Source of the DNA: Myxococcota bacterium
Lineage (GTDB): Bacteria > Myxococcota_A > UBA9160 > SZUA-336
Length of the DNA stretch: 64,000 nt
Assembly (NCBI GenBank): GCA_965247115.1
Contig: CBDFGR010000003.1
Coordinates: 1,376,001-1,440,000 of the forward strand
Direction of reading: 5' to 3'
Of the stretch, positions 39,187-48,319 are shown one piece after another; the first letter of the stretch is position 1, and each line of letters opens with the position of its first letter. The notes under the pieces are model-generated. The model saw only the letters and a program-made list of their open reading frames with translations, made no database searches and had not been told where the DNA came from. Both the position numbers and the translations under genes were made by a program.

Positions 39187-40158
39187 TCACTCCGCGGTGA
39201 GGGTGACAGTGATGCTGTCCCGGTGAAGCCCGCCGAGGCTTCCGGAAAGTGATCCGATGGTCACCTCGATCTCGTACACATCGCCTCCTGGCCCCGTCAT
39301 GTCAGATGTGGACGAGGCGATGGGGATCGGCGACCCGCTCGTGAGATCCGCTGGGACACCGTCGACCTCGAGGGTGTAGGGGACCGAGCTACGCAACGAA
39401 GCGTGTGCCATCGTCCCCCGATTGTGGGACTGCAGGCTCACGTCAAAGCTCGTGTTGCCACGCGCGCGCAGGTCGAAGCTCAGGCTCTCCCCGCTGGAGA
39501 ACGTACCGAAGTCCAGCTCCTGCGAGACGTCCGCTGCGTTGAAGGGCGCCCCCGTATCCACGAGCGAGACCTCGACCATCTTGGACGCTCTGGCTCGATG
39601 GTGCTTCGTAGCGCTCTGCCGGGGGACGTAGACATCGCCCACCTCCTCGTGCAGGTGAAAGCCGAGTCGGTCCTGGTAGCGACTGTTCGAGCCGGGCACC
39701 ACCTGCCCGGCGGGGATGGACCAGTAGTAGGTGTGCCTGTGCGCCTCTTGCTTCGCATCCACATCGGTGAACTCACCCGTGATCACCGCACGCCCGAACG
39801 TCATGTCCATCAGAATATTCGCGAGCGAAGCCGAGTCGTGCACGTTGTATAGGAGCTTCCCCCGCGGCCGAGATAGCTCGCGAGGATCGAAGACTCCCGC
39901 CCCACCTTCCGAGATACCGATCGCGTAGCGGCAGCTGCCACCTCCCGTCTTCCGCACACGGATCTCGACGGGTTGTACGTACTGTGCAGCGTCGAAGCAG
40001 TCGTAGCTGCTTCCCCCTCCTCGCCAATCGACGGGGTCCATGTCCGTCAGGTGGATCCGACCGCAGCCCGTCTGCGCGCGCGCCGGCAGCGAGATGACCA
40101 GCGCCGCACAAATCGAGAGCCCCAGCCTTCCGGCTACCCTTCGCGCCTGCTTGATCAT
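39187..40158 (-). CDS. Probable pilus tip adhesin (two-domain subunit)
   Basis: Signal peptide (ARA-Q); C-terminal G.H.DSITVTLTAE pilin strand; last gene of the usher operon. Confidence 0.7.
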   Translation of the reverse strand: MIKQARRVAGRLGLSICAALVISLPARAQTGCGRIHLTDMDPVDWRGGGSSYDCFDAAQYVQPVEIRVRKTGGGSCRYAIGISEGGAGVFDPRELSRPRGKLLYNVHDSASLANILMDMTFGRAVITGEFTDVDAKQEAHRHTYYWSIPAGQVVPGSNSRYQDRLGFHLHEEVGDVYVPRQSATKHHRARASKMVEVSLVDTGAPFNAADVSQELDFGTFSSGESLSFDLRARGNTSFDVSLQSHNRGTMAHASLRSSVPYTLEVDGVPADLTSGSPIPIASSTSDMTGPGGDVYEIEVTIGSLSGSLGGLHRDSITVTLTAE

Positions 40159-40177
40159 CGCCGAGGTCTCCTTTCGT

Positions 40178-42712
40178 TCACAAACCTGGAAATGGAAGCT
40201 CGCCCACGTCGTACAGACCGGTGGTACCCTCGGGAATCTCGAACTCGATCGATCGTCCCGGAGCGAAGTGCAGACTGAGCTCGTAGCGTCCCGGACGCAG
40301 CCCTCCACGGCTGAACTTGCCCTTCCGGTTCGTAAAGAGGACGAGCTCCTCACGGGGCTCTCCGAGTGCTCTCACCACACCCGCCTGGAGGCGCACCGGC
40401 TCCCCATCCATGGTCAACCTGCCTCGCACGACGGCCATCGCGTCCTTGCCGACCCGGATCAGGAGACCGCTCTTGTAGGTTGGCCGAGTGGCGAAGAACT
40501 CCTCTCCGAGGTCAAAGCCCGGAGGTAGGTCCGGCGCGTCGATGGCAACCGCACGGATCTGATAGGGAACCAGGTTCGGAAGGACGGCCGGCCCGAGGCG
40601 GTCGATCTGGACGCCTCCCCCGCCGGAGCGATCCACGCCGATCGTCTTGCCAGCGAGGCTCTTGTGCCGGGCCACCAGCGCAAAGCTCTGGGAGATCGGG
40701 CGCGAGATCGCGAACTCTCCGCCTGCGAACGCCAGAGCGCTGGACACTCGCACCGACGTCCGGTGCTCGTCGAGCCCTCTCGCTGTTCTTGCGGAGGTAG
40801 AGCGCTGGAACAGCTCCGCCTCCAAGCGCGAGCCGACGTGTTGGAGGGAGCCCGCGAGCTCGTACTGCTCGGGCCTACGCGATACACCAACACTGGTCGC
40901 AGTTCCGCCGATGCTCCGACTGGGTGTTCGTTGCCACTCGAGCTGCGTCGAGTGGTCGGTCGTGTCGTGGTTCAGACGCACGGTGTGATTGCGCTCGCGA
41001 TTCGTCCAGGTGACCGTCACGAACGCGCTCTGCTCCGGGCGCTCACCCGAGGCCAGGGTGCGATCCAGGCTGAGCTCCACCTCCCAGTCGCGAAACAACC
41101 TCCGCCGCAGCGACAACGACATCGTGCTGCTGTCAGACGTGTCGCCCCTTCCGAGCGCGTAGGCTGTGGCAACGCTGCCCCGGACTCCCGTCGACCAGAA
41201 TTCCTGGCTGACCGAAGCCGAGAACTCGTACGCCGTGGGGTTGTCGGGAACGGCACCGCCCACACCCGTGAATCTCCGCGACCTCGACAGCGCCGACACG
41301 ATCCATCGTCGCCGATTCTGGTTCTGCGTCGTTCCGTCGTAGTACTCGTACTGCAGTCGCCCCGCGTGGCTCGCCCCGGCGTCGTCGTCGTCGCTCAGGG
41401 CCACATCTGCGCGCAGCGAGCCCCACTCGCTCGCGAAGACGGCCTCCAACCCGAACAGGCGCCGCCGCCTGTCCCCTTGCAGGTTTGCGCCGAGCGTCAG
41501 CCCCTCGCTCAGGCCGTAGCGATGAAAGAGCGAGTAGCCAAAGTTGTCCCGGTCGTAGCGAATCACGTCACGCTCGAATGTGGGTACGCCTGCCGCGAGC
41601 GAGAACTCGCGCGTGCCCACGGCAAGGAGCCTGGGCTCGAACGAGAGTCCGAAGTGAAGCTCGCGCTCGCGCCCCAGGCTGTCCCGCATGCGAATCAGCA
41701 CGTCGTTGATCCCGGTCCCGAGCCGAAAGTCGCGAAGGTCGTAGCGACCCGGGAGGAGCTGCAGGCTCCGGACCAGCCGCCCGTTCACGATCACCTCGAC
41801 TTGCGAGGGCAGGTCCAGGGTGAACTCCTGGGAGCCTGCGGGCTCTACGACGCGATACGGCTGGAGATCGAAGTTCGTTGCGACCGTGAGCCCGCCAAGC
41901 GCCTGGCGACGCTGAAAGCCAGCGGTCTCGTAGGCGAGGTCGCCGAGCTGGACCCGGATCTGGCGTTCCGGGAGATCCCGAACCAGCCGCACCTCTCGTC
42001 GCTTCCAGGGGAAGCGCGCGTCCTCTTCGGCAGAGACCGCCCCTTCCAACACCCAGTCATGCAGGTTTGCAGCGCCGTCGAGCTCGAGACGCATGGGCTG
42101 CAGCCCCCTCTTCAGAGCCGAGGAGGTGGTGCCAATCCAGTCGAACGCGCCGCGCGCGTTGAGAAAGGCGCTGTAGGCCTGGGGCTCGACCTCCACTGCC
42201 GCAAACACCGAAGGCTGGCCTCCGCGGAGTCGGATCACTCGCAGCCGGCTCAGCTCGGGTGGGACCGTCACCGCGACGCTGAGGTTGCTGCGGTCGAAGT
42301 CTGCCACCAGACCGACCTCCATGAGGGCGGCAAGCGACACGTAGCCGTCCGCGTCTGCGGCGCGAGCGATCCTGTTCAGAAGATCGGGCCTCAGGGTCTC
42401 CCCGAGCAGCACCAGGAGCACGCTGCTGCGCAGTCGCACCCGCACGAGATCGCCTGCGACGCGTGCCGGGACAGCGCGCCGAAGCCTGCCGTCGACAATC
42501 ACGGGGAGCTCCAGGGCCAGCTCCTCGACCGTTTGGGAGTGACCAAACACCCTCTCGAAGACGGGTCCGGACTCGGTCCCTGGCTCCTGTGCCGCCGCAC
42601 TCCCCGAGCGAAGAGCTAACACGCCCAGCAGCAGTGCCAGCCAGATTCTGGCTTCAGAGAGCCGCCTCGGGGCAGGGGCTGCGGAACGACGCCTGGGGGG
42701 GAGGAGTGCCAC
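40178..42712 (-). CDS. Fimbrial outer-membrane usher
   Basis: 844 aa with signal peptide; QLGDL, PSQVEVIVNG...LLPGRY, YGLSEGLTLG; beta-rich. Confidence 0.88.
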   Translation of the reverse strand: MALLPPRRRSAAPAPRRLSEARIWLALLLGVLALRSGSAAAQEPGTESGPVFERVFGHSQTVEELALELPVIVDGRLRRAVPARVAGDLVRVRLRSSVLLVLLGETLRPDLLNRIARAADADGYVSLAALMEVGLVADFDRSNLSVAVTVPPELSRLRVIRLRGGQPSVFAAVEVEPQAYSAFLNARGAFDWIGTTSSALKRGLQPMRLELDGAANLHDWVLEGAVSAEEDARFPWKRREVRLVRDLPERQIRVQLGDLAYETAGFQRRQALGGLTVATNFDLQPYRVVEPAGSQEFTLDLPSQVEVIVNGRLVRSLQLLPGRYDLRDFRLGTGINDVLIRMRDSLGRERELHFGLSFEPRLLAVGTREFSLAAGVPTFERDVIRYDRDNFGYSLFHRYGLSEGLTLGANLQGDRRRRLFGLEAVFASEWGSLRADVALSDDDDAGASHAGRLQYEYYDGTTQNQNRRRWIVSALSRSRRFTGVGGAVPDNPTAYEFSASVSQEFWSTGVRGSVATAYALGRGDTSDSSTMSLSLRRRLFRDWEVELSLDRTLASGERPEQSAFVTVTWTNRERNHTVRLNHDTTDHSTQLEWQRTPSRSIGGTATSVGVSRRPEQYELAGSLQHVGSRLEAELFQRSTSARTARGLDEHRTSVRVSSALAFAGGEFAISRPISQSFALVARHKSLAGKTIGVDRSGGGGVQIDRLGPAVLPNLVPYQIRAVAIDAPDLPPGFDLGEEFFATRPTYKSGLLIRVGKDAMAVVRGRLTMDGEPVRLQAGVVRALGEPREELVLFTNRKGKFSRGGLRPGRYELSLHFAPGRSIEFEIPEGTTGLYDVGELPFPGL

Positions 42713-42730
42713 GACGGCGCGACGGCACCA

Positions 42731-43489
42731 CTATCTTCTGACCGCTCCATCGAAGTGGAAGGTCGCCTCGACGGGTCCGAAGGGGAGCTCTTGCGGCCAG
42801 GGTAGGAGAAAGCGTCTCTTGTGCCCGGCCAGGATGTTCTCTCCGCTCATACCAGCGAGCTTGTTCGGGCCGAGGTCGAGAGCAGCCGCAGCGTCCCCGT
42901 TCGCCTCTCCAGCGAGCGACAAGCTGAGATTACGCAGGATTGCGTGAGCCTGGCCGCGGTTGTGGAGCGTGACGGACAGCTGGCGCTCGCCGCTCGACTC
43001 CTCGGCAGCGACGTCCTGCAGTACAACGTCTGCTCGGACGCCGGTGGGCCGGACGTAGATCGAACCGATGTAGCGGACGAGGATCCTGACGGAGCCTCCG
43101 GACTCCTCCGCCGGCTCGAGGTCGACCGGAAGCTGCTCTGCGATGATGCGATAAGCCAGCTCGTGCTCAGGGTCCGCATCCCCGATCCATTGCACGCGGA
43201 CGATCTGACTCTGCTCGGGCTCGAGCACGATCTGCGTGGGGAAGACGACGAAGTCATCGTCTGCTTCGGTCAGCTCGTCGCTGCCGTCGAGATTCATGAG
43301 CCTGCGGAACACGCTGATCTCGACGGCGATCTGCTTGCCGGAGTTGTTCTCGACTCTGAAGGTCTGGTTCGCGCCGGGGCCCGACGGATCGAAGTCCGCC
43401 GTGAACGGAATGAAGCGAAAGGCTTCAGCGGGGAGCGGCGCGACGCACAGGAGAAGACCAAGGCAGAGGGGGAAGAGTCCTGCTCTCAT
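42731..43489 (-). CDS. Fimbrial periplasmic chaperone (PapD-like)
   Basis: Signal peptide; FVVFPTQIVLEPEQSQIVRV, ELAYRIIAEQLP, NRGQAH. Confidence 0.88.
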   Translation of the reverse strand: MRAGLFPLCLGLLLCVAPLPAEAFRFIPFTADFDPSGPGANQTFRVENNSGKQIAVEISVFRRLMNLDGSDELTEADDDFVVFPTQIVLEPEQSQIVRVQWIGDADPEHELAYRIIAEQLPVDLEPAEESGGSVRILVRYIGSIYVRPTGVRADVVLQDVAAEESSGERQLSVTLHNRGQAHAILRNLSLSLAGEANGDAAAALDLGPNKLAGMSGENILAGHKRRFLLPWPQELPFGPVEATFHFDGAVRR

Positions 43490-43525
43490 GGTCTTCTGTT
43501 TCGGCCCCACCAGGGCCACACTGAA

Positions 43526-43587
43526 GACCCGGCCGGCTGTGGTCAGGGCCGGCCGGGTCCAGGCTCAGGGTCGGTTCGAACCTGAGC
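43526..43587. terminator. Two stem-loops between the pilin and chaperone genes (mRNA stabiliser or partial terminator)
   Basis: Perfect 12-bp stem GACCCGGCCGGC/GCCGGCCGGGTC (43526-43559); second stem GCTCAGG/CCTGAGC (43563-43587). Confidence 0.55.
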
Positions 43588-43596
43588 TAAGTGTTC

Positions 43597-44118
43597 CTAC
43601 TTGGCGGCGATCGTGAAGGTAATCGTGTCCGTGTAGGTGTCGGCCTCGATGAAGCCGGGATTTCCGTACGAGATGTCCACGAGGTTCGCGGACCCGCCCG
43701 AGCCCGTGGGCGCGCTGGCATCGGTCACGGTCATGGCGGCACCGCTGCTCAGATCCACCCCCGTACCGCCGTACGAGAACGTGTACGCCACGCTGTCTGT
43801 GCTCGTAGGGCCAAGCGGCTGGAGCACGCTGCTGTTCGCGGATTGTGCGGTGACGGTGTAGCCGTCGGCGTCGTTGCAGGTCTCGTTGACCGAGCCGACG
43901 TTCAGAGCTGACTGGGCACTGGTTAGCGGCAGATTGTCTGCCACACCGGCGACCGGTGTGACGGAGACGTCACAGGCTGCGACCACTGAGCCTGAGAGAT
44001 CGAGATCTCCTGTACTGGCGGCAAACGCCGGCGTTGAACTTCCGAGCAGCAGGAAAGCCATGAGCAGACTGCTGAACCCGACCCTGGACCTATACGATGA
44101 GGATGACCAACAATTCAT
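43597..44118 (-). CDS. Chaperone-usher pilin subunit
   Basis: AFA-ASTGDLDLSGSVVAAC, ETCN..GYTV, C-terminal YTDTITFTIAAK; start uncertain (44142, 44118 or 44062). Confidence 0.8.
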   Translation of the reverse strand: MNCWSSSSYRSRVGFSSLLMAFLLLGSSTPAFAASTGDLDLSGSVVAACDVSVTPVAGVADNLPLTSAQSALNVGSVNETCNDADGYTVTAQSANSSVLQPLGPTSTDSVAYTFSYGGTGVDLSSGAAMTVTDASAPTGSGGSANLVDISYGNPGFIEADTYTDTITFTIAAK

Positions 44119-44241
44119 GCCAGCTGGTATCGGTAGCGCCATCCGTGAACTTTAGGGACAGCACTCCGAGCAGCCAGGCCCCGTGTCGGCCTCCGCCAGG
44201 AATCGCAATCAGCTTGTGGCTCTTACCGCTGCTGGTTCCTC

Positions 44242-44766
44242 CTACTTTGCCGCTACTGTGAAGACCAGAGTGTCCTCGTACGTGCCGCCAACCTGACTGG
44301 TGGCGGCCGCATACGAGACGGTGACCGCTTTCGTGACCCCTGCGGGACCCGTGCGGTCGGCCGTACTGGTCACGAGGACCGGACCGACTCCACTCAGATC
44401 CGCCTGGGTGTCATCGTACTTGAGCATGTAGCTGACGGCGTCGAGCTCTCCCAGGAAGCTCCCGCTGCCCAACGAAGAGACCTCGATCGTGTAGCCGGTC
44501 GGGCTGTTGCACGACTCTGTCACGGAGGCCACGGCAACATCCGTCTGACTGCTCGACAGATCCAGGGAAGTGGCAGCCTGCGTCGGATCCACCTGGATGC
44601 TGCAGGCCAGAGGAACCTGGCCGCGGAGCTGGAGCGCACCCGAATCCCCTGCAGCTGCGAAGCCAGGCAGCGAGACGCACACGCAGGCGACGACGCCCGC
44701 GAGCCACGCTGAACGCTTCGCGATGGGGAATGAGATTCTGAGGCTTTGGGGGGCGGGTGCGCCCAA
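44242..44766 (-). CDS. Chaperone-usher pilin subunit (paralogue of 43597-44118)
   Basis: GALQLRGQVPLAC, ESCNSPTGYTI, GTYEDTLVFTVAAK; in-frame TTG at 44766 lies 6 nt after AAGGAG. Confidence 0.8.
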   Translation of the reverse strand: MGAPAPQSLRISFPIAKRSAWLAGVVACVCVSLPGFAAAGDSGALQLRGQVPLACSIQVDPTQAATSLDLSSSQTDVAVASVTESCNSPTGYTIEVSSLGSGSFLGELDAVSYMLKYDDTQADLSGVGPVLVTSTADRTGPAGVTKAVTVSYAAATSQVGGTYEDTLVFTVAAK

Positions 44767-44772
44767 TCTCTG

Positions 44773-44867
44773 CTCCTTTCGGCAGCCGTTCGACCCGCCC
44801 GGATGTTCCGGGTTGGGGCACTGGCTTTGCGTCCCCGTGTCTCCACGGGTTTGCCTTTGTCGAGGAG
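44773..44867 (-). ncRNA. c-di-GMP-I (GEMM-I) riboswitch
   Basis: Minus strand CTCCTCGACAAAGGCAAACCCGTGGAGACACGGGGACGCAAAGCC...GGCTGCCGAAAGGAG shows the GGCAAAC / GNRA stem / GGGACGCAAAGCC / GGCTGCCG hallmarks. Confidence 0.88.
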
Positions 44868-45276
44868 ATGGACACCCGCGTCCACTCCCGACCCCCCGGT
44901 GTCGGCCGGGGGAGCCTTCTTGGAGACGTATCGGTACCGGGTCCAGCATCTTTAGTCGTTTGTTGGCCAGCAATGGAAACCTCCCGACGACTGTGCGCAG
45001 ATCCCCCCAAACAGCGAGAGGTTCAAGAACCGTTCCCGTATTCCCTAGATCAACGAACACCCGAGTTGAAGCGCGCGCTTCCGCCTACCGTTGCGCACCG
45101 GCGAGGGTGGGAGAAAAACAGGAAGGCGAGAAGCTCTCTTCCACAATGTGCCAGTCAGCTCCTCTCACTGAGTCGACTCTTGCGTCCACACGAGCGCCTA
45201 TACTCGCAGCTATGCAATGCGTTGCCATACTAGAAGCGCAGGCCACGGAAGTCGCGGCGAGCTTGAGGGGTCGCTC

Positions 45277-46119
45277 ATGAAGCTCAGCCTCAACCTGCGC
45301 AACTGGGGACCACAGGCAGAGCGCGAGCTCATGCTCGAGTGCGCTCGAGCTGCGGACGCGTCCGCGCTGGACACGCTCTGGCTCAACGACCACGTGGCCG
45401 TCCCGGCGGCAGCGGCCGCGCGCGCGGATCCCGACTTCGCGACCGGAATCCAGGTAGACATCCTCGCGACGCTCGCCTTCCTGGCAGGCGCCACCGAGCG
45501 CATAGGGTTGGGGACGGCTGTGCTGCTGCTGCCCTACCGGCCCGCGTTTCTCACGGCAAAGTGGGTCGCGAGCATCCAGGCGCTCGCTGGCGAGCGCCTT
45601 CGTCTCGGCGTCGGGACGGGCTGGATGCCGGCGGAGTTTCGGGTGCTCGGTGTGGAACGCCGTAAGCGCGGGGTGCTGACCGATGAATCGCTGGCGCTGT
45701 TGCGCCGCTGCTTCGAGAGCGACGAGCTAGAGCGGAACGGCGAGCGAATCCTGTTCCAGCCGCGCCCAGAGCGTCCGTCCATCTACGTGGGCGGCGCGCC
45801 CCCGCACGCCTTCCGCCGCGCCATCCTGTATGGGGATGGCTGGATCCCGGCAGGCGTCGAGCCCGAGGTCCTCGCAACCCAGATCCCCGAGCTGCAGAAG
45901 CTGGCGGAGGAAGCCGGACGGGACCCCCTCGAGGTCATCGCGATGAAGACGCTCCCGCTGGAGGATCTACCGCGCGCGGTCGACTACGCGGGGAAGTTCG
46001 CAGCGGTTGGCGTGGATCATCTCGTCCACACCCAGCGCTACGACAACGCCGCAGAGTACCGCCGCAACATCGACCTCCTCTGCGAGCGAATCCTCCCCGA
46101 GATCGCCTCGTCCGAATAG
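45277..46119 (+). CDS. LLM-class oxidoreductase (probably F420-dependent)
   Basis: LWLNDHV, TERIGLGTAV, RLRLGVGTGW, IYVGG, GDGW. Confidence 0.9.
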   Translation: MKLSLNLRNWGPQAERELMLECARAADASALDTLWLNDHVAVPAAAAARADPDFATGIQVDILATLAFLAGATERIGLGTAVLLLPYRPAFLTAKWVASIQALAGERLRLGVGTGWMPAEFRVLGVERRKRGVLTDESLALLRRCFESDELERNGERILFQPRPERPSIYVGGAPPHAFRRAILYGDGWIPAGVEPEVLATQIPELQKLAEEAGRDPLEVIAMKTLPLEDLPRAVDYAGKFAAVGVDHLVHTQRYDNAAEYRRNIDLLCERILPEIASSE

Positions 46120-46140
46120 GTCGGGCCTCAGTCGTCGGAG

Positions 46141-48132
46141 CTAGTTGCCCTTGCAAGTGCCGTTCTTGCAGTTGTTGGAGCAGCAATCGCTGTTGGAACT
46201 GCACGTAGCCCTCTTGCCCCCGCACGCCACGCACTGATCGCTACCCTCATCGCAGCCCAGGCCTGGGCACGGAGCGCTCCCGCTCTGGCAACTCTCACCC
46301 GAGCAGAGCTCGGCGCCGTTGCAGAACTGGCCGTCGTCGCACTCCGGGTCGGATGTGCAACCGCCATCAACGCCCGCACCACCGCAAGACCAGCCGCTCT
46401 CGGAACACCGCGAATCGCCGCAATCGGACAGGTCACCGTCGCAGCAATACCGGCCGCGAGGATTCCCGTTGGTCTTCTGTCGGCAGTCATTCGGACAGTT
46501 ACCGCAGTGTTCGCCCGCCTCGCAGGTTCCGTCGTTGTCGCAGGCCGGCGCATCGCATGAGTCGGTAGCCCCGTTACATATTTCGCCACCAGCGCAGGGG
46601 TCTCCGCTCGACTGACACGCTCCGCCGACACAAGTCTCGGTCCCGGTGCAGAACTGGCCGTCGTCACACTCCGGGTCGGTCGTACAACCGCCCTGGGGAT
46701 CGAGAAACGGGGAAACGGAATCCCAGTAGAAGGCGAGCGCACCATCAACTGTCCAGTTGTTGATCGAATCGCAGTCATCAAGACAGTTGAAGCCACAGCA
46801 ACCGGAGAGCTGACCGACCACCTCGCTTGCGCTGTTCAGAGCCGGCGAGCCGCTGCTGCCACCCATGGTGGCTCCGATCCGGTCCTCGCTGTAGATTCGT
46901 TCGCCGAGCGGCCACTGGCCGCATATCGGCGAAGTCGTGGTGACGTCGTGCTGCGAGTACACCTGCGGACCGAAGTTGGCGTTGCTGACCCTGTAGAGAC
47001 TCGCGCCATGGGTGTAGGCAATAGGAGAGTTATTCCAGCCGAGGAACGTGGCGCCAGCCGGAGGGGCCTCGTCAAGCGTCAAGAGCGTGTAGTCGCCAGC
47101 ACCTCCCGTTGCCACGACCGTGACACCGATGGTGCTAGCAGGCGGCGGCGTGCCGCCGGTTAAGAGGCTGTCGGGACACGAACCGCGACACGAATCCGTT
47201 GTGTAGTTGAAGAAGGTCTCCAGGTTCGAGATGTCCGAACTGACGCAGTGATTGGCCGTGAGGAAGTATGGGATCTGCGAAGCGCTATCCGTGTCCACCA
47301 GCAGCCCTCCAGAGCAGGTGTTGATGAACTGTCCAGTGATCCACTCCATCTTGGCGACGGCATCCTCTGCCGGCGCTGCTGGCCCCGTGTTCATGCAGTT
47401 CACGTCGACCACGCATGGAGCATTGTTCGAGCAGGGCCAGTTATCGTGGCTCTGCTCCCGCGGGCGTGGCGGTCGGCCGCGGATGTGGCCAACATCCGAG
47501 ACCGTGAAGGACATCTTTGGCCGGTCGTCAGCTGGCGCGTCGCCGCTGTAGCTCAGAACGACCGTGCCGGTGTCCGAGACTATCGAACGAGTCCAGAAGT
47601 CGCCGTCACCGTTGCGACCCTGCCCGACGTATGGCCCGTGCGCCTGGCCGTTCGGTCCGAGGAAGAACATCTCGGTGTTCTCGGGAAGCGAGAAGCCCGT
47701 GAAGTGCACGCGGATGGCCTGCGCGCCGGGAGACGTGACCGTCATCGCCCACTCGAAGCTCCCGTCCACATTCTGCCGGCCGACGCCGTGATTGAAGGCT
47801 TTCCCGAAGGGCTTTCCAACGAGCCTCTTGACGGACTTGACGACGCCGACGCGCAGCGGTGCGCTCCCGCTGGGGAACGGCTCGGCCAGATTGTCCAGAT
47901 CCTTCTGCGTGATGCCGACGCTGAGCGGCGTATGAGCCACGCCAGGGGGAACGATGGACGCGATCTCCTCGTGGAGCTCCCGCTCCCGCGCAGCTTGCTC
48001 GGCAATCGTCAGGCCCCCTCGTACCACCTCCGGAGCAGCACGTCGGTTCCCAACGCCCTGGGCGGCCGTTGGCGTCGGCAGGCCGAGGCAAATGAGAATG
48101 GCGAAGCCGAGAAAAGCAGAGATCGTGCGCAT
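46141..48132 (-). CDS. Secreted trypsin-like serine protease (lysyl endopeptidase-like) with Cys-rich C-terminal repeats
   Basis: Signal peptide and propeptide; catalytic triad in LTANHC, GDYTLL, GGSSGSP; two CTxDPECDDGQFCxGxExC repeats. Confidence 0.88.
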   Translation of the reverse strand: MRTISAFLGFAILICLGLPTPTAAQGVGNRRAAPEVVRGGLTIAEQAARERELHEEIASIVPPGVAHTPLSVGITQKDLDNLAEPFPSGSAPLRVGVVKSVKRLVGKPFGKAFNHGVGRQNVDGSFEWAMTVTSPGAQAIRVHFTGFSLPENTEMFFLGPNGQAHGPYVGQGRNGDGDFWTRSIVSDTGTVVLSYSGDAPADDRPKMSFTVSDVGHIRGRPPRPREQSHDNWPCSNNAPCVVDVNCMNTGPAAPAEDAVAKMEWITGQFINTCSGGLLVDTDSASQIPYFLTANHCVSSDISNLETFFNYTTDSCRGSCPDSLLTGGTPPPASTIGVTVVATGGAGDYTLLTLDEAPPAGATFLGWNNSPIAYTHGASLYRVSNANFGPQVYSQHDVTTTSPICGQWPLGERIYSEDRIGATMGGSSGSPALNSASEVVGQLSGCCGFNCLDDCDSINNWTVDGALAFYWDSVSPFLDPQGGCTTDPECDDGQFCTGTETCVGGACQSSGDPCAGGEICNGATDSCDAPACDNDGTCEAGEHCGNCPNDCRQKTNGNPRGRYCCDGDLSDCGDSRCSESGWSCGGAGVDGGCTSDPECDDGQFCNGAELCSGESCQSGSAPCPGLGCDEGSDQCVACGGKRATCSSNSDCCSNNCKNGTCKGN

Positions 48133-48319
48133 GGTTGCCTCGTCGAAGTTCCGCATCGTGAGGGAAAACGCGAGCAGTTACAAAGACTTAGGGGAGTATG
48201 AGCCCGCGATTTCCCGGTAGTCAAGACTGTACGGCCGCAGATCGGCGCGCCACCCAGACATCGGACTCGCGACGGATCCGCTGAACGCCTTTGATCTCGA
48301 GCGCATCGTTGTGCGGAAT

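Noticed and set aside
40664..42619. 651-aa antisense ORF and many similar long shadow ORFs (e.g. 59312-60907, 12247-13524)
   Set aside because: Opposite well-supported genes; expected from stop-codon scarcity in high-GC DNA; no motifs
44767..45060. Long N-terminal extension of the first pilin ORF
   Set aside because: Runs through the riboswitch; the TTG at 44766 has a proper RBS and signal peptide
45212..45228. Sigma54-like promoter TGGCAACGCATTGCA on the minus strand
   Set aside because: GG-to-GC spacing is 9 nt rather than the required 10
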